A stretch of 64,000 nucleotides of DNA from Mytilus trossulus (Eukaryota): NCBI RefSeq assembly GCF_036588685.1, contig NC_086380.1, positions 76,136,001-76,200,000 of the forward strand, given 5' to 3'. Every line of letters starts with the position of its first letter. Positions within the stretch are counted from its first letter, which is position 1. A model generated the notes under the pieces. It had not been told where the DNA came from, made no database searches, and saw nothing but the letters and a program-made list of their open reading frames with translations. This document shows, piece by piece, positions 38,090 to 52,264 of this stretch. The translations under genes were made by a program, and so were the position numbers.

Positions 38090-39078
38090 ATACAACGTAG
38101 GTATCCCGAATCTCAACTTCATGACCATCTTGTATTTGTGAAGTTGATACGGAATATTTATCAACAAGGTCGATGAATCTTTTGAGAAAAATTACAAGAT
38201 GTTCTTTGATATACTCCTGGTTTAACAACTTTCTTATCATATACTTGTGACGTTTTACAAAGGCTGAGTAAGAGTTGCAAGCTCCTGAATATGGAATAAG
38301 TTTGAAAATGTATATCTCATATGCAGGTGAAGTTGGTATATTGCCACTATGGCGGAGAAATTGATAATTTTAAAATTAAAATCGTCTCGTTTGCCATAGA
38401 TTATGGTACTGAGATGACCGAGTATGTCAAATTCGATAAATATAAGTCTAAAAATGAGATGAAGGAAGTCGACTCTGTTGTTACTTTAATTTCAAGTTTT
38501 AGGGAATATATCAATGGAGTCCAATCAGAAAAGTTTGGATTGTTAGTGGAAGGAACCTTCGTCTGTTATTGTAATTGTATGTAATTGTATGTCAAGCTTG
38601 CCATAAAACTATACCTGCAGTGTCTCCAATGAGGTTTTAGTATTGAATCGAATTCATGTTTTTGTGGTTAATATACTGTTTTGAAATAAAAAAAAAAAAA
38701 AAAAAAAATATCATACCACATTATTCACGATCCGATTGAGACACGCGACCACCGAACCTTTTTTTTTTTATGTCATCGACGTATCGGGGAGTATTACATT
38801 TTACAATTGTACGTCTCTACGTCCTTGCGTCCAACAGATATTTTCGTTCACTTATTTTTAGTTTGCATCATCCAAGTGTTAGAGCATCATCAATATTAAT
38901 TTGTGAAATTTAATAACTGGCTTCTTTGATATTCTTGTTTTGACAAGTGTCTGAAGGATCGCCGATTCGTACGAAAATAAGAAGAGGTCGGTAAGAAGAA
39001 GCGCATAATTCGTTCCCATAGGATTGATGACAATTTGTTGAACAAGTCTACCTCCAAATAAAATAGATATATTGTCAA
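38090..39078 (-). mobile_element. Fragmented Penelope-like element reverse transcriptase
   Basis: Frameshifted remnants of PMGT..LL.DLFL.SYE, FNFT..IDD, LEIK.TTES..SFLDLY, DFNFKIINF and RKLLNQEY..DLVDKYSVSTSQ. The 38880-39078 part is repeated in each 1.5 kb unit. Confidence 0.7.
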
Positions 39079-42000
39079 AAGAAAACTGGCTACGTTTATT
39101 TACGCTCTTTCTTTGAACGCTACTTGGATATTTGTAATAGTTTATTGGCTTTTTTTAAATTTGTCTGTTTTTGACCTTGTCTTTGACCTTGTCTTTGACC
39201 TTGTATTTTACTGAAGTTTGTTATTGTATGTCTATAATTTCGTATTAATGACAAATGAAAAAATAAGAGCGTAGAATGAAAATCTACCTATGTTATTAAA
39301 AATCATGATATCTTTTTTTCTGCACTCAACATGCTTAATGTTCATATGGACCCTTCGGCTTCACTTCCAATTTTACTCTGAGTACAGACAAACCTGTGCA
39401 TCTGGAAAAAGATAAATAAAACTAAAATATATAGTATGTTTTAAAAAATTCAAAACTTAACTGGATTTTGCAGTCCACATGAACCTTGATAGAAAAAATA
39501 TTATAAGCTGTCTGTGTCAATAAATCCCTAAGAATATAAAACCAAAAAATATTCCTGTGCAGCCGGCATAATTATATATTGTTATCATCATTACAATTTT
39601 TCTATATACAACTCTAGCAATAAATAGTTTGATTTAAATATTGAAACTTCATATTTCATGATTTAAAATGTATTTAAATTGTGTGTTTATTTTTAACCAG
39701 GAAGTGTGCTTATTTTGTTAACAGCGCCACGTAGTGTATAAATCATCATACATCACACAGGTGTTTTATTGTTGTCTTCAAGAACCAGAATTACAAGTTA
39801 AACAATAGAACCGTCGTGGTTTTATTCTTAATTAGAAGCTTAACGAAAATTAATCAGGTATGTAATCTAATTTTGTAATATTTTTTTTTATGAAGAACTA
39901 AACTGGCTTAGGTAGATACCGTTAAAACCGAAAGTAAATATTTTATCAATCCTCTGTTTATTCCGTTTATGTTAAGATAGTCACATGTTACTTTAAAAAT
40001 ATTCTGTTTTGTAAATAAATTAATTTGGTTTCAAATGGATATCTTTCTTTTTCTGATTCTTCTTTATGTAATCAATATTCAGGTAAAAATCACTGTTAAG
40101 AAAGTGCGAATCGTATCTTCAATAAGATTTGTGTATTGAATCGAATTCATTTATTTGTAGTTGAGATACTGTTTTGAAATAAAAGAAATAAAGCAAACAA
40201 ATAATATAATACCATACTATTCACGATCCGAGTGCGACACTTGACCACCGAACCTTTTTTTTTTTTTATGTCATCGACGTATCGGGGAGTATTACATTTT
40301 ACAATTGTACGTCTCTACTTCCTTGCGTCCAACAAATATTTTCGTTCACTTATTTTAGTTTGCATCATCCAAGTGTTATGCATCAATATTAATTTGTGAA
40401 ATTTAATGACCCGGCTTCTTTGATATTTTTGTATTGACAAGTGTCTGAAGGATCTCCGATTCGTACGAAATAAGAAGAGGTCTGTAAGAAGAAGCGCATA
40501 TTTCGTTCCCATAGGATTGACGACAATTTGTTGAACAAGTCTACCTCCAAATAAAATAGATATATTGTCACAAGAAAACTGGCTACGTTTGTTTACGCTC
40601 TTTCTTTGAACGCTACTTGTATAATTTTAAAAGTTTATTGGCTTTTTTGAAACTTGTCTGTCTTTGACCTTGTATTTGACCTTGTCTTTGACCTTGTATG
40701 TTACTGAAGTTTGTAATTGTATGTCTATGATTTCGTATTAATGACAAATGAAAAAAATAAGAGCGTAGAATGAAAATCTACCTATGTTATTAAAAATAAT
40801 GATATCTTTTTTTCTGCACTCAACATGCTTAATGTTCATATGGACCCTTCGGCTTCACTTCCAATTTTTCTCTGAGTACAGACAAACCTGTGTATCTGGA
40901 AAAAGATAAATAAAATTAAAATATATAGTTTGTTTTAAAAAATTCAAAACTTAAATGGATTTTGCAGTCCATATGAACCTTGATAAAACAAATATTGTAA
41001 GCTGTCTGTGTCAATAAATCTCTAAGAATATAAAACCGAAAAATATTCCTGTGCAGCCGGCATAATTATATATTGTAATCATCATTACAATTTTTCTTTA
41101 TACAACTCTAGCAATAAATAGTTTGATTTAAATATTGAAACTTCATATTTCATGATTTAAAATGTATTTAAATTGTGTGTTTATTTTTAACCAGGAAGTG
41201 TGCTTATTTTGTTAACAGCGCCACGTAGTGTATAAAATCATCATACATCACACAGGTGTTTTACTGTTGTCTTCAAGAACCAGAATTACAAGTTAAACAG
41301 AAGAACCGTCGTGGTTTTATTCTTAATTAGAAGCTTAACAAAAATTAATCAGGTACGTAATCTAATTATGTAATTTTTTGTTTATGAAGAGCTAAACTAG
41401 CTTAGGTAGATACCGTTAAAACCGAAAGTAAATATTTTAACAATCCTTTGTTTATTCCGATTATGTTAAGATAGTCACATGTTACTTTAAAAGTATTCTG
41501 TTTTGTAAATAAATTAATTTGGTTTCAAATGGATATCTTTCTTTCTCTGATTCTTCTTTATGTAATCGATATTCAGGTAAAAATCACTGTTAAGAAAGTG
41601 CGAATCGTATCTTCAATAAGATTTGTGTATTGAATCGAATTCATTTATTTGTAGTTAAGATACTGTTTTGAAATAAAAGAAATAAAGCAAACAAATAATA
41701 TAATACCATACTATTCACGATCCGAGTGCGACACTTGACCACCGATTTTTTTTTCTTTTTTATGTCATCGACGTATCTGGGAGTATTACATTTTACAGTT
41801 ATATGTATCTACGTCAATGCGTCCAACAAATATTTTCGTTAACTTATTTTTAGTTTGCATCATCCAAGTGTTAGAGCATCATCAATATTAATTTGTGAAA
41901 TTTAATGACCCGGCTTCTTTGATATTCTTGTTTTGACAAGTGTTTGAAGGATCTCCGATATGTACGAAAATAAGAAGAGGTCGACAAAAAGAAGTGCATA

Positions 42001-44651
42001 GTTCGTTCCCATTGGAATGACGACAATTTGTTGAGCAAGTCTACCTCTAAATAAAAAAGATATATTGTCAAAAGAAAACTGGCTACGTTTATTTACGCTC
42101 TTTCTTTGAACACTACTTGGATATTTGTAATAGTTTATTGGCTTTTTTGAAATTTGTCTGTCTTTGACCTTGTCTTTGACCTTGTCTTTGAGCTTGTCTG
42201 TTACTGAAGTTTGTTATTGTATGTCTATGATTTCATATTAATGACAAATGAAAAAATAATACCGTAGAATGAATATAAAATCTACCTATGTTATTAAAAA
42301 TCATGATATCTTTTTTTCTGCACTCAACATGCTTAATGTTCATATGGACCTTTGGCTTCACTTCCAATTTTACTCTGAGTACAGACAAACCTGTGCATCT
42401 GGAAAAAGATAAATAAAACTAAAATATATAGTATGTTTTAAAAAATTCAAAACTTAACTGGATTTTGCAGTCCACATGAACCTTGATAGAAAAAATATTA
42501 TAAGCTGTCTGTGTCAATAAATCTCTAAGAATATAAAACCGAAAAATATTCCTGTGCAGCCGGCATAATTATATATTGTTATCATCATTACAATTTTTCT
42601 ATATACAACTCTAGCAATAAATAGTTTGATTTAAATATTGAAACTTCATATTTCATGATTTAAAATGTATTTAAAGTGTGTGTTTATTTTTAACCAGGAA
42701 GTGTGCTTATTTTGTTAACAGCGCCACGTAGTGTTTAAAATCATCATACATCACACAGGTGTATTACTGTTGTCTTCAAGAACCAGAATTACAAGTTAAA
42801 CAGTAGAACCGTAGTGGTTTTATTCTTAATTAGAAGCTTTACGAAAATTAATCAGGTATGTAATCTAATTTTGAAATATTTTTATGTTTATGAAGATCTA
42901 AACTAGCTTAGGTAGATACCGTTAAAACCGAAAGTAAATATTTTAAAAATCCTCTGTTTATTCCGTTTATGTTAAGATAGTCACATGCTACTTTAAAAAT
43001 ATTCTGTTTTGTAAATAAACTAATTTGGTTTCAAATGGATATCTTTCTTTCTCTGATTCTTCTTTATGTAATCGATATTCAGACAAAAATAACTGTTAAT
43101 AAAGTGCGAATCGTATCTTCAATAAGATTTTTGTATTGAATCGAATTCATTTATTTGTAGTTAAAATACTGTTTTGAAATAAAAGAAATAAAGCAAACAA
43201 ATAATATAATACCATACTATTCACGATCCAAGTGCGACACTTGACCACCGAACCTTTTTTTTTTTTTTATGTCATCGACGTATCGGGGAGTATTACATTT
43301 TACAGTTACACGTCTCTACGTCATTGCGTCCAACAAATATTTTCGTTAACTTATTTTTAGTTTGCATCATCCAAGTGTTAGAGCATCATCAATGTTAATT
43401 TGTGAAATTTAATGACCCGGCTTCTTTGATATTCTTGTTTTGACAAGTGTCTGAAGGATCTCCGATTCGTACGAAAATAAGAGATCGGCAAGAAGAAGCG
43501 CATATTTCGTTCCCATAGGATTGACGATAATTTGTTGAACAAGTCTACCTCCAAATAAAATAGATATATTGTCAAAAGAAAACTTGCTACGTTTATTTAC
43601 GCTCTTTCTTTGAACGCTACTTGGATATTTGTAATAGTTTATTGGCTTTTTTGAAATTTGTCTGTCTTTGACCTTGGCTTTGACCTTGTATTTGACCTTG
43701 TCTGTGACCTTGTCTTTAAGCTTGTCTGTTACTGAAGTTTCTAATTGTATGTCTATGATTTCGTATTAATGACAAATGGAAAAATAATAGCGTAGAATGA
43801 ATATAAAATCTACCTATGTTATTAAAAATCATGATATCTTTTTTTCTGCACTCAACATGCTTAATGTTCATATGGACCCTTCGGCTTCACTTCCAATTTT
43901 ACTCTGAGTACAGACAAAGTTGTGCATCTGGAAAAAAGATAAGTAAAATTAAAATATATGTTATGTTTTTAAAAATTCAAAACTTAACTGGATTTTGCAG
44001 TCCACATGAACCTTGATAGAAAAAATATTATAAGCTGTCTGTGTCAATAAATCCCTAAGAAAATAAAACCGAAAAATATTCCTGTGCAGCCGGCATAATT
44101 ATATATTGTTATTATCATTACAATTTTTCTATATTCAACTCTAGCAATAAATAGTTTGATTTAAATATTGAAACTTCATATTTCCTGATTTAAAATGTAT
44201 TTAAATTGTGTGTTTTTTTTTAACCAGGAAGTGTGCTTATTTTGTTAACAGCGCCACATAGTGTTTAAAATCATCATACATCACACAGGTGTTTTATTGT
44301 TGTCTTCAAGAACCAGAATTACAAGTTAAACAGTAGAACCGTCTTGGTTTTATTCTTAATTAGAAGTTTTACGCAAATTAATCAGGTACATGTATGTAAT
44401 CTAATTTTGTAATATTTTTGTTTATGAAGAGCTAAACTAGCTTAGGTAGATATCGTTAAAACCGAAAGTAAATATTTTAACAATCCTTTTTTTTATTCCG
44501 TTTATGTTAAGATAGTCACATGTTACTTTAAAAGTATTCTCTTTTGTAAATAAATTAATTTGGTTTCAAATGGATATTTTTCTTTTTTGATTCTTCTTTA
44601 TGTAATCGATATTCAGGCAAAAATCACTGTTAAGAAAGTGCGAATCGTATC
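38620..44651 (+). repeat. Four-copy ~1.5 kb tandem array; each unit carries a promoter/exon 1 cassette and a Penelope-like RT fragment
   Basis: ccaggaagtg at 39697, 41191, 42694 and 44224 (periods 1494, 1503, 1530). Donor GT at 39858, 41353, 42856 and 44386. aaaaccgaaagtaaa follows each donor. Confidence 0.93.
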
Positions 44652-45895
44652 TATGTTAGGAAAGTGCGAATCGTTTAAATGATCGATATCGCTTGTTGTA
44701 GGGTATATTTTTTACTCTGATAAAATATAGGTAGATTGTAGTTATTAGAAAAGAGGGTCGAAAGTTACCAGTGGGACAGTCACACTTTCAACTGACAACG
44801 CCATGACTAAAACAGAAACATAATATCAGACAAATAACAGAACACAATACACATGATACACAAAATAGAAAACTAAAAACAAAGTAACACAAACCCGACC
44901 AAACATTTGGGGTGATCTCAGGTGGTCCAAAAGGGTGAGCAAATCCTGCCCAACAATATCAAATGTTCGGAATGTTATACACAATGGTTAGTACCACAAT
45001 ATACAGATATACTTTGATTTGCGTAGTGAATACATTACAATTAGCATTATTAGGAAAACGATCAAATCATTAGAATATGCTTATTGCCAATTTAACTAGG
45101 TAAATTATGTCTTTCGTCTATTTTATTCCTTTTCTGTTCTGGTTGAAAGACAATAACAATCAAAACCAAGGAGTAAACAAAGTCTTACAAAACCAAACGA
45201 CATTTACATCAACAGTTATAAATAATAAATAAGAAACGAACTCCAATAAAAAAATGGGAGTGAAATCAGGTGTTCCGGAAGGATAAGCATTTCCTGCACC
45301 GTATACGGCACCCGTCGTGTTATTTCTTTGTTCAGTTCGGTAATGATGAAAAGTTATTATGACTGAGGAACATTATCACCCCATATTTATTGGTATTTGT
45401 ACAATGTAGTTATAAGAATATGTGGAATGAGTTTTCATTAGGATGATTAGACATCTTTCCATCCAAGTCACAATTTGTAATAGTATACCATTATAGGTCA
45501 ATGCACGGTCTTCAACACGATGGCGTGGCTCACACTTAACAGTTAGCACTAAAAGGCCCCTAAAAGGCTAGTTTACCTTGTTTTCAAACATGCAACACTT
45601 ACATTTATGCATGTTTTAGTTTTTGTGTATTGAATGTCGCAGTTGAATATACTGAACAATTCAAAATGTGACTATGGATGGTTTGACTCTGGTAGTTTTA
45701 GTCATATATCATTTCAAATGATTACAAGTTGCGTTTAAAAAAAAAAATTAGATTAAGTTTAAATTCTAGATTGTCAAATGTTAATTGCTTATACTGCTTA
45801 GAAAAACTTGTATACAATACAGAACATGAAGAAATTTTTTTTTTGATTTAAAGTATAATAAAACCACACCTCTCCTTTTTTTTAGAAGTTTTCTT

Positions 45896-47557
45896 ATGGC
45901 ATCGGCTAGTTTATGTGATCCTTGTTCCGATGCTGACAAGTCTTCAACAGCAACAAAGTATTGCTCTGACTGTGAAGAAAGACTTTGTACAGACTGTGAT
46001 GAATCACATTGCAGATTCAAAGCCTTCAAATCTCACCATGTTATCGACCTGACGTCCATCGGATCCAATAAACTGATGCCTGCGATAAAAAACTGCAATG
46101 TCCATTTAGACATGCTTTTGGATTATTACTGCACAGATCATGATATCGTATGCTGTAGAGCATGCATATCTAATGAACACAGGGTTTGTCAGAACGTACT
46201 CCCATTGGAACTTGCCTCGAAGGATGTAAAAAAGTCTACACTGTTTAACGATGTTATGGAAGACATGACGCATCTTATTACAACATTGAATGCTTTAGAC
46301 AATAACAGACAGTCAAACTTACAATCAATGGAGGAATCCAAATCAACAATAACTAAGCAGATCCGAGCAGTGAAATCCAAATTTTTGAAACAAATTGACG
46401 ATTTGGAGCGTGAATTAACGACCACTTTGTCATCTCTCCAACGAAAACATGAAATGGAAATCAACAAACAAAAGCAAGAAATATCGCAAGTCTTGGTCAA
46501 TGTTATAGAAAATAAAAACGAGATGGATTTTTTGAGAGATCATGGATCTAAGAATCAGCTCTTTATATTCCTTCGCCAACAAGTAACAAATATTCATAGC
46601 GCCGAGGCCAAGATTCAGCAGATAGTATTCGATTCACAAGAATTCAATATAACCTTTGACGAAAAGAAAGATGGTAAGCTTGAGTCTTTCGGGTCACTGT
46701 CAGAGTATGTCCAACCATGTCAAGTTCAATACAAACCAAAGAAATTTCAACAAGCCCAGATAAAGGCAGAACCAATGAAAAATATTCTAGGATTTGAGAA
46801 GGATACAGTATTAAAATTTAATACTGATGTGGTAAAAAATCTTTTTAGTGTATCCGTGACAGATAATAATAAGCTCCTCATTACTAATACAGCATCCTCC
46901 GATCCCAAACTGTATGTTTACAGAGACTGTAAAGATTATGAGACAGAGATAGCTTTTTCCTCCCCACCTGATTGTGTTGTTGTGATACCTGGTACCAACA
47001 GAGCTGTTATTACCCTACCTAACGAGGGGTCTATACAATTCATCAATACTACAAAGATGACAAAGGATGGTAAAGTTGACGTTGAATTTACATGTTATAG
47101 TATCACTGCTGGACGTGACAGAATCTATGTTGGCGGTGGGGATGGTACTATCAAAACATTAGACACCAATGGGACAATTTTAAAAACAATTAAAACAGGA
47201 TCTAATCCTATTAACTTCATGGCATACAATGATTTACATGATGAGTTGATTGTAAGATGTCATAACAAACTCCTTTGTATCAAATTAGATGGAACACTAG
47301 TATACAGTAAGGACGTTTCAAGTACAGGAGGTGTAACACTTGATCGACAGAAGAACATTTATGTCGGCGGTTTCTATACAAATGCAAGCATCATACAAAG
47401 AATGTCACCAGATGGAGAAAATAGTGAAGAAATGCTGAACAAAGACAATGACATTTACCATCCGTATGGAATGTGTTTTAGCAATGACTTCACAAAACTT
47501 GTTGTAATTAATAACCATTCTCAGTCCGTATGTGTATATAAATGCAAGTACTTGTAA
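45896..47557 (+). CDS. Copy 7: RING-less TRIM-like B-box/coiled-coil/propeller protein, 553 aa
   Basis: Intact ORF ending KCKYL; acceptor tttttttag ends at 45885. Confidence 0.93.
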   Translation: MASASLCDPCSDADKSSTATKYCSDCEERLCTDCDESHCRFKAFKSHHVIDLTSIGSNKLMPAIKNCNVHLDMLLDYYCTDHDIVCCRACISNEHRVCQNVLPLELASKDVKKSTLFNDVMEDMTHLITTLNALDNNRQSNLQSMEESKSTITKQIRAVKSKFLKQIDDLERELTTTLSSLQRKHEMEINKQKQEISQVLVNVIENKNEMDFLRDHGSKNQLFIFLRQQVTNIHSAEAKIQQIVFDSQEFNITFDEKKDGKLESFGSLSEYVQPCQVQYKPKKFQQAQIKAEPMKNILGFEKDTVLKFNTDVVKNLFSVSVTDNNKLLITNTASSDPKLYVYRDCKDYETEIAFSSPPDCVVVIPGTNRAVITLPNEGSIQFINTTKMTKDGKVDVEFTCYSITAGRDRIYVGGGDGTIKTLDTNGTILKTIKTGSNPINFMAYNDLHDELIVRCHNKLLCIKLDGTLVYSKDVSSTGGVTLDRQKNIYVGGFYTNASIIQRMSPDGENSEEMLNKDNDIYHPYGMCFSNDFTKLVVINNHSQSVCVYKCKYL

Positions 47558-50500
47558 AAACTTGAAAACTTAAAATCAGATTTTTATGGCATTGTGTTAT
47601 TCACATATACATAGTAAACATATTTAGTTTGTTTGTTTTTTGTATAATTTTCGATTTTCATTTGATGTTAAGAAGACAATAACAATGTCGTCTGGCATGA
47701 CGTTAATTTGATGGTAGGCGTTGAAAATTGATACCTAGTTCAAAACCTCAAAACGTCATGACATAGCAAATCCAAATCCATGTTTGATGTTTACATGTTA
47801 AGAAAAAAGTAGTATACCACTGTTTAAAAGTCATAAATCGATTCAAAGAATTCAAATACGGGTTACAAACTAAAACCGATGGAAACTCATCAACTGTATA
47901 AGTGGGAAACAAAAAAAAACACAACACTGAAGTGCATAAAAAACAACCAAGCGACAATTTGAAACACCAATTACACAGGAAATACTACGTAGGAGAGGCA
48001 AAGAAGCACAGAAAGACATTTGAAATATATACTAGTATATATATATTCGAGAGCAAATAAAAAGATTTAAGATTAGTGTGCAAATAATAGAAAAATACTC
48101 TATATCAAACAAAAGAGTAGACACCCCCCAAAAAACCAACAACTAACCAAACAATAAAAAAAACAGTTAAATGAATATACACAAAAAGCCCGAAAAAGAA
48201 ATAAAAAACAAAAAAAACAAAGAAAAAACCCAAAACAAAACAAATAGAGAGGGGAATTCCAAAATCATATAAAAATGAAATACTTTAACATAACAGTAAA
48301 ACAGAAATGACAAAAAGGTGTAGATTCAATATATGAAATTAGAAAAAGTAAACAACTCATTTCTGCTCAATATATTTAAAATAGTACTAGAAATTTAGAG
48401 TAGAATGTAGAGTGCTCTGGATTATAAAAAAAGTATCTGTTTTATGTCATGTTTGGTGTACACTCTTATATTGTGCATCGCCAACTATTTTCCTTATCTA
48501 CGCTTATCGAATATGTTTCTGAGTCCAACGGAAACATTTTATTCTCTGGATTCAATTTCGTGTACATTTGGAAGACCAACAAGACATAGAAACATGTATT
48601 TTGGTGACACATAAGCTTAACTTAAAAATGGATTAGTCAGAGTAAAACGTATTTCAAGATCTAGTTGTAGAATTGTTTAGCGAAATGAAAAGGGGTCCAC
48701 ACGGGATAATTGTAAACTTTTTGTATTCCGATGAGCACAAAAAAATGTGAATACTAAATTCAATTCAAGTATATAATGTATTGATGTATATTCCTGGAGT
48801 TTTATTTACTTTTATGATTTCCTTAATAGAAGGTTGCTGATTACAAGGAAGCTATAAAACCTAGAGTTCCTAATGTTGATGTTGAAATCACCCCTTCGTA
48901 AATTTAACTGTCTTCATCACGAGTTGTTTAACCGTTATGGAATTCCCGTTCCACAGATGATATCGAAAATGTTCCTCATGTTGTTGCTACAATCCCGTTC
49001 CCATTTTAAGAATGTGACCTACCAAATTAGAATATTTACCGGGTTTGAAATAACATGAGCTACACGACGGGTACCACATGTAGTGCAGGATCGGCTTACC
49101 CTTCCAGAGCACATGAGATCACTTCTAGCTTATTGTGAGGTTTGTATGGCTTAGTCTTTAGTTTTCAATGTAGTGACTTATTTGTCCGTTTGCCTTTTTC
49201 AGTTTATTTTCGATCTATGAGTTTGAATGTCCCTCATGTATCTTTCGGCCCTCTTTTTCAAACAAGTTCAAACATGTAATGGTGTATTAAGTGTGCGTAT
49301 AATGGGTTATGCTAGTTTGGCGTCAGCTCAGTATGGTAACGTCTATCAATATTATGAAAACCAATCCCACGAATTTACACAATTCTTGATCATCCGATTG
49401 AATTATGAAGTTTAAATAAGTCTATCCTTGTGAAACTTATCAGAAAATTCTGACACAGAAAACTTAAGGGTTCTAATGCCTGATTTCCAAATTATTTAAC
49501 CAAATCTCGATTAAAAAAGCAAAATCAGGATCAAATTAATATATTGTGGACCGAAATTGTCTTTCAAGGGTGTCTAATTTAAAAAAAATATTCTTGTAGT
49601 TACCATCCTTGTGTACATAATCATTGTTGTATTATTCAATATTAAATTAGTTATTCATACAATTCTTATACGAGGGTTTCAAACATACAAAAATAGAGCT
49701 TTAGTCTTGTTATGAGATGTTGTACGAATGCAGTAGAACCACATCATAAAGTACACATGAATTGTACAATTAGTTCAACAATTGATTTCTTAGAATGTTT
49801 AATTGTTATTGAAAAATAACTTATGATCAGACCAAACCGTCACTAGCATTTTGTTATAAGGATTATGTGGTTGAATATTTTTTAGTTTCCTGAAAGAAGT
49901 TCTTTAAATTCAACGTTTTTCATGACTTCGTTTTAATTTACTGTTCACTAGACTTGTAACGCTACTTCTTGAATTTGTGGGTTTACAACTTTCTATATCA
50001 ATAAATCTATAAATATCTGACTCGCTAAATACCCGAACAGTCGGTATGATTCTCTATCGTAATATCTCGACAATTCTATGTAAACTCTTTTGTTTTATGA
50101 ATCAAAAGTCCTAGACTTAGTAATTTGATTTATTTAAAAGTTTCGTACTGTAAAAATAACATAAAAATACATCAAACAGATGCATTTAACCTTCAATTTT
50201 TTATTTATTTTATTTTATTTTTATCTATGTGTTGTCGTTAGAAATCTACCTAGGACACATTATATCACATGTTATATTAAAACGTCATATATTGAACTGT
50301 AATCTGACATTAGAGAGGATTAACATATGATTATCTTCAAAAACTTTCATATTTCGAAAAGACGTGTCACGGTACTGGTCTATCCCAAATTCATGTAAAC
50401 GGTTTTGATGTTATATTTGTTATTCTCGTGGGAATTTGTCTGAAGCTTGGTCCGTTTCTGTGTGTGTTACATTGTAGTGTTGTGTCGTGTGTTCCTCTGA

Positions 50501-52264
50501 TATTTAATTCGTTTTCCTCAGTTTTAGTTTGTTACCCCGATTTTGTGTTTTGTCCATGGATTAATGAGTTTGAACAGCAATATACTACTGTTGCCTTTAT
50601 TCATAGCAAATATTAGGATTTTGTTTGTTTTCTTTTGTTTGATAGTGTTTATTGTCCTGTAACTGTTGAAAATGTTAATCTTACAATTTTGAAAAAAAGT
50701 TACCCACATCCGAAAATAACGTTACGGACAGTCTGATTACTTTTTACTTGTAAGTTACGGACATCTTATGCATTTTTTAAAAGTTGGCCTTGCGCTAAAG
50801 TGAAGTCAAAATTTACGAATTTGAAGTGATGGTAGGTGATTTCTTTATTCAAAAAGCCTATCAATATTTACATAGATCATGAAAAAAGTTGCAAAAAGTA
50901 TATTTCGTATCAACTGTCATCTCAACGAGTTTAGAGTCCGCCATCTTGGGCTGTGGGTAACTTAAGTTACCCACGGCCGTTTAAGCACAGTGACAACAGA
51001 CACATTCACATGCATAAGCAACTATATGTCACATTACAGCTTTAACAATGGAAATACAAACCCAAACGACTTAGCTAGCTATTGAAGGCCCCGAAATGAT
51101 CAGATTAATGTAAATATAAATATTTTGACCTTAGTAATTTCGAAAGAACATACAGTATCATGAAAATGTGTAATATCATTAAATCGCAAAAATTGAGTTA
51201 CATAAAAACAAATGAATTCCGGAGAATACATAAGCTTCAGTTACCAAACCCCTACAAACAGCTACAAAAAAACCAAGAAAGCAATTGACTATTCTCCATT
51301 ATAAGACAGGTATATGTGTACAATATGTTAAAGTTCACAACGGTCCTAGTGCTCAACGTTGATGAATATATCGTTACATAGAAATTATCATAGAACTCTA
51401 ATCAGCTCATGTCGAACGAAACTAACAGCCACAAACTGAAAATGGAAGATCTGACATACACTAAAACCACTGTTTGAAAATGGAGTGAGATTTAAGTATT
51501 TCTGATTTTCAAATCAAAACCGTCCACGTTCATTCCAGTTTTTTTTAACTTTTTCGTGTTACTTACAGTTGTGAAACTTCAGTTTTCGACATTTTTTTGG
51601 TGGATTATTTGTAGGCTTTTTATTTGATTTTTAAATATACCCTATATCATTTATTGATGTCGTTCATAAGTATTTTTCGTCTATCGTTTTTATATAGAGA
51701 AGACCGTTTGTTTTCCCGTTTGAATGGTTTTTCACTAGTCACTTATGAGCCCTTTTTAGCTTGCTAAGACTCCGAGTTGAAGACCGTACTTTGACCTATA
51801 ATTGGTTACTTTTACAAACTGGAAATTAGATGGAGAGGTGTATCATTGACAATCATTTTCTTAACAGTATATTTTGATGTTTGTATATCTCCGAACTATG
51901 CCTGTCATTGCCCATCGTTGCGTAAAAATGAAAAGTGACACATATTTTTTTTTTGAATAAACATTGTGGTTAAGTGAATATAAAATATTCCTTTTTTAGC
52001 GATACATTTGTATAACAAACCATGGTATTTTTCAGAATTGGAAAGGTATTTTAAAAATGTTCGCTTTGACCATGTTGACGCCTGTCTGTGCATTTCAATA
52101 AATCCTTAAATCATAAAATCGAAAAAAAAATATTCCCTGCAACTGGCATGAATATCTATAATTGTAATATTTTTTTAAACTTTGTTTTATAAAAACTCTA
52201 GCAAAAAACAATTGTTTTTTAGTGAAAAATCGTTTGACAGGAATATTCAGTTCGTGTGATTTAT

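Noticed and set aside
38090-44651. RT fragments as a diversity-generating retroelement or an active RT diversifying the propellers
   Set aside because: The RT is Penelope-like, frameshifted and fragmentary. No template/variable repeat pair or adenine-specific variation is evident.
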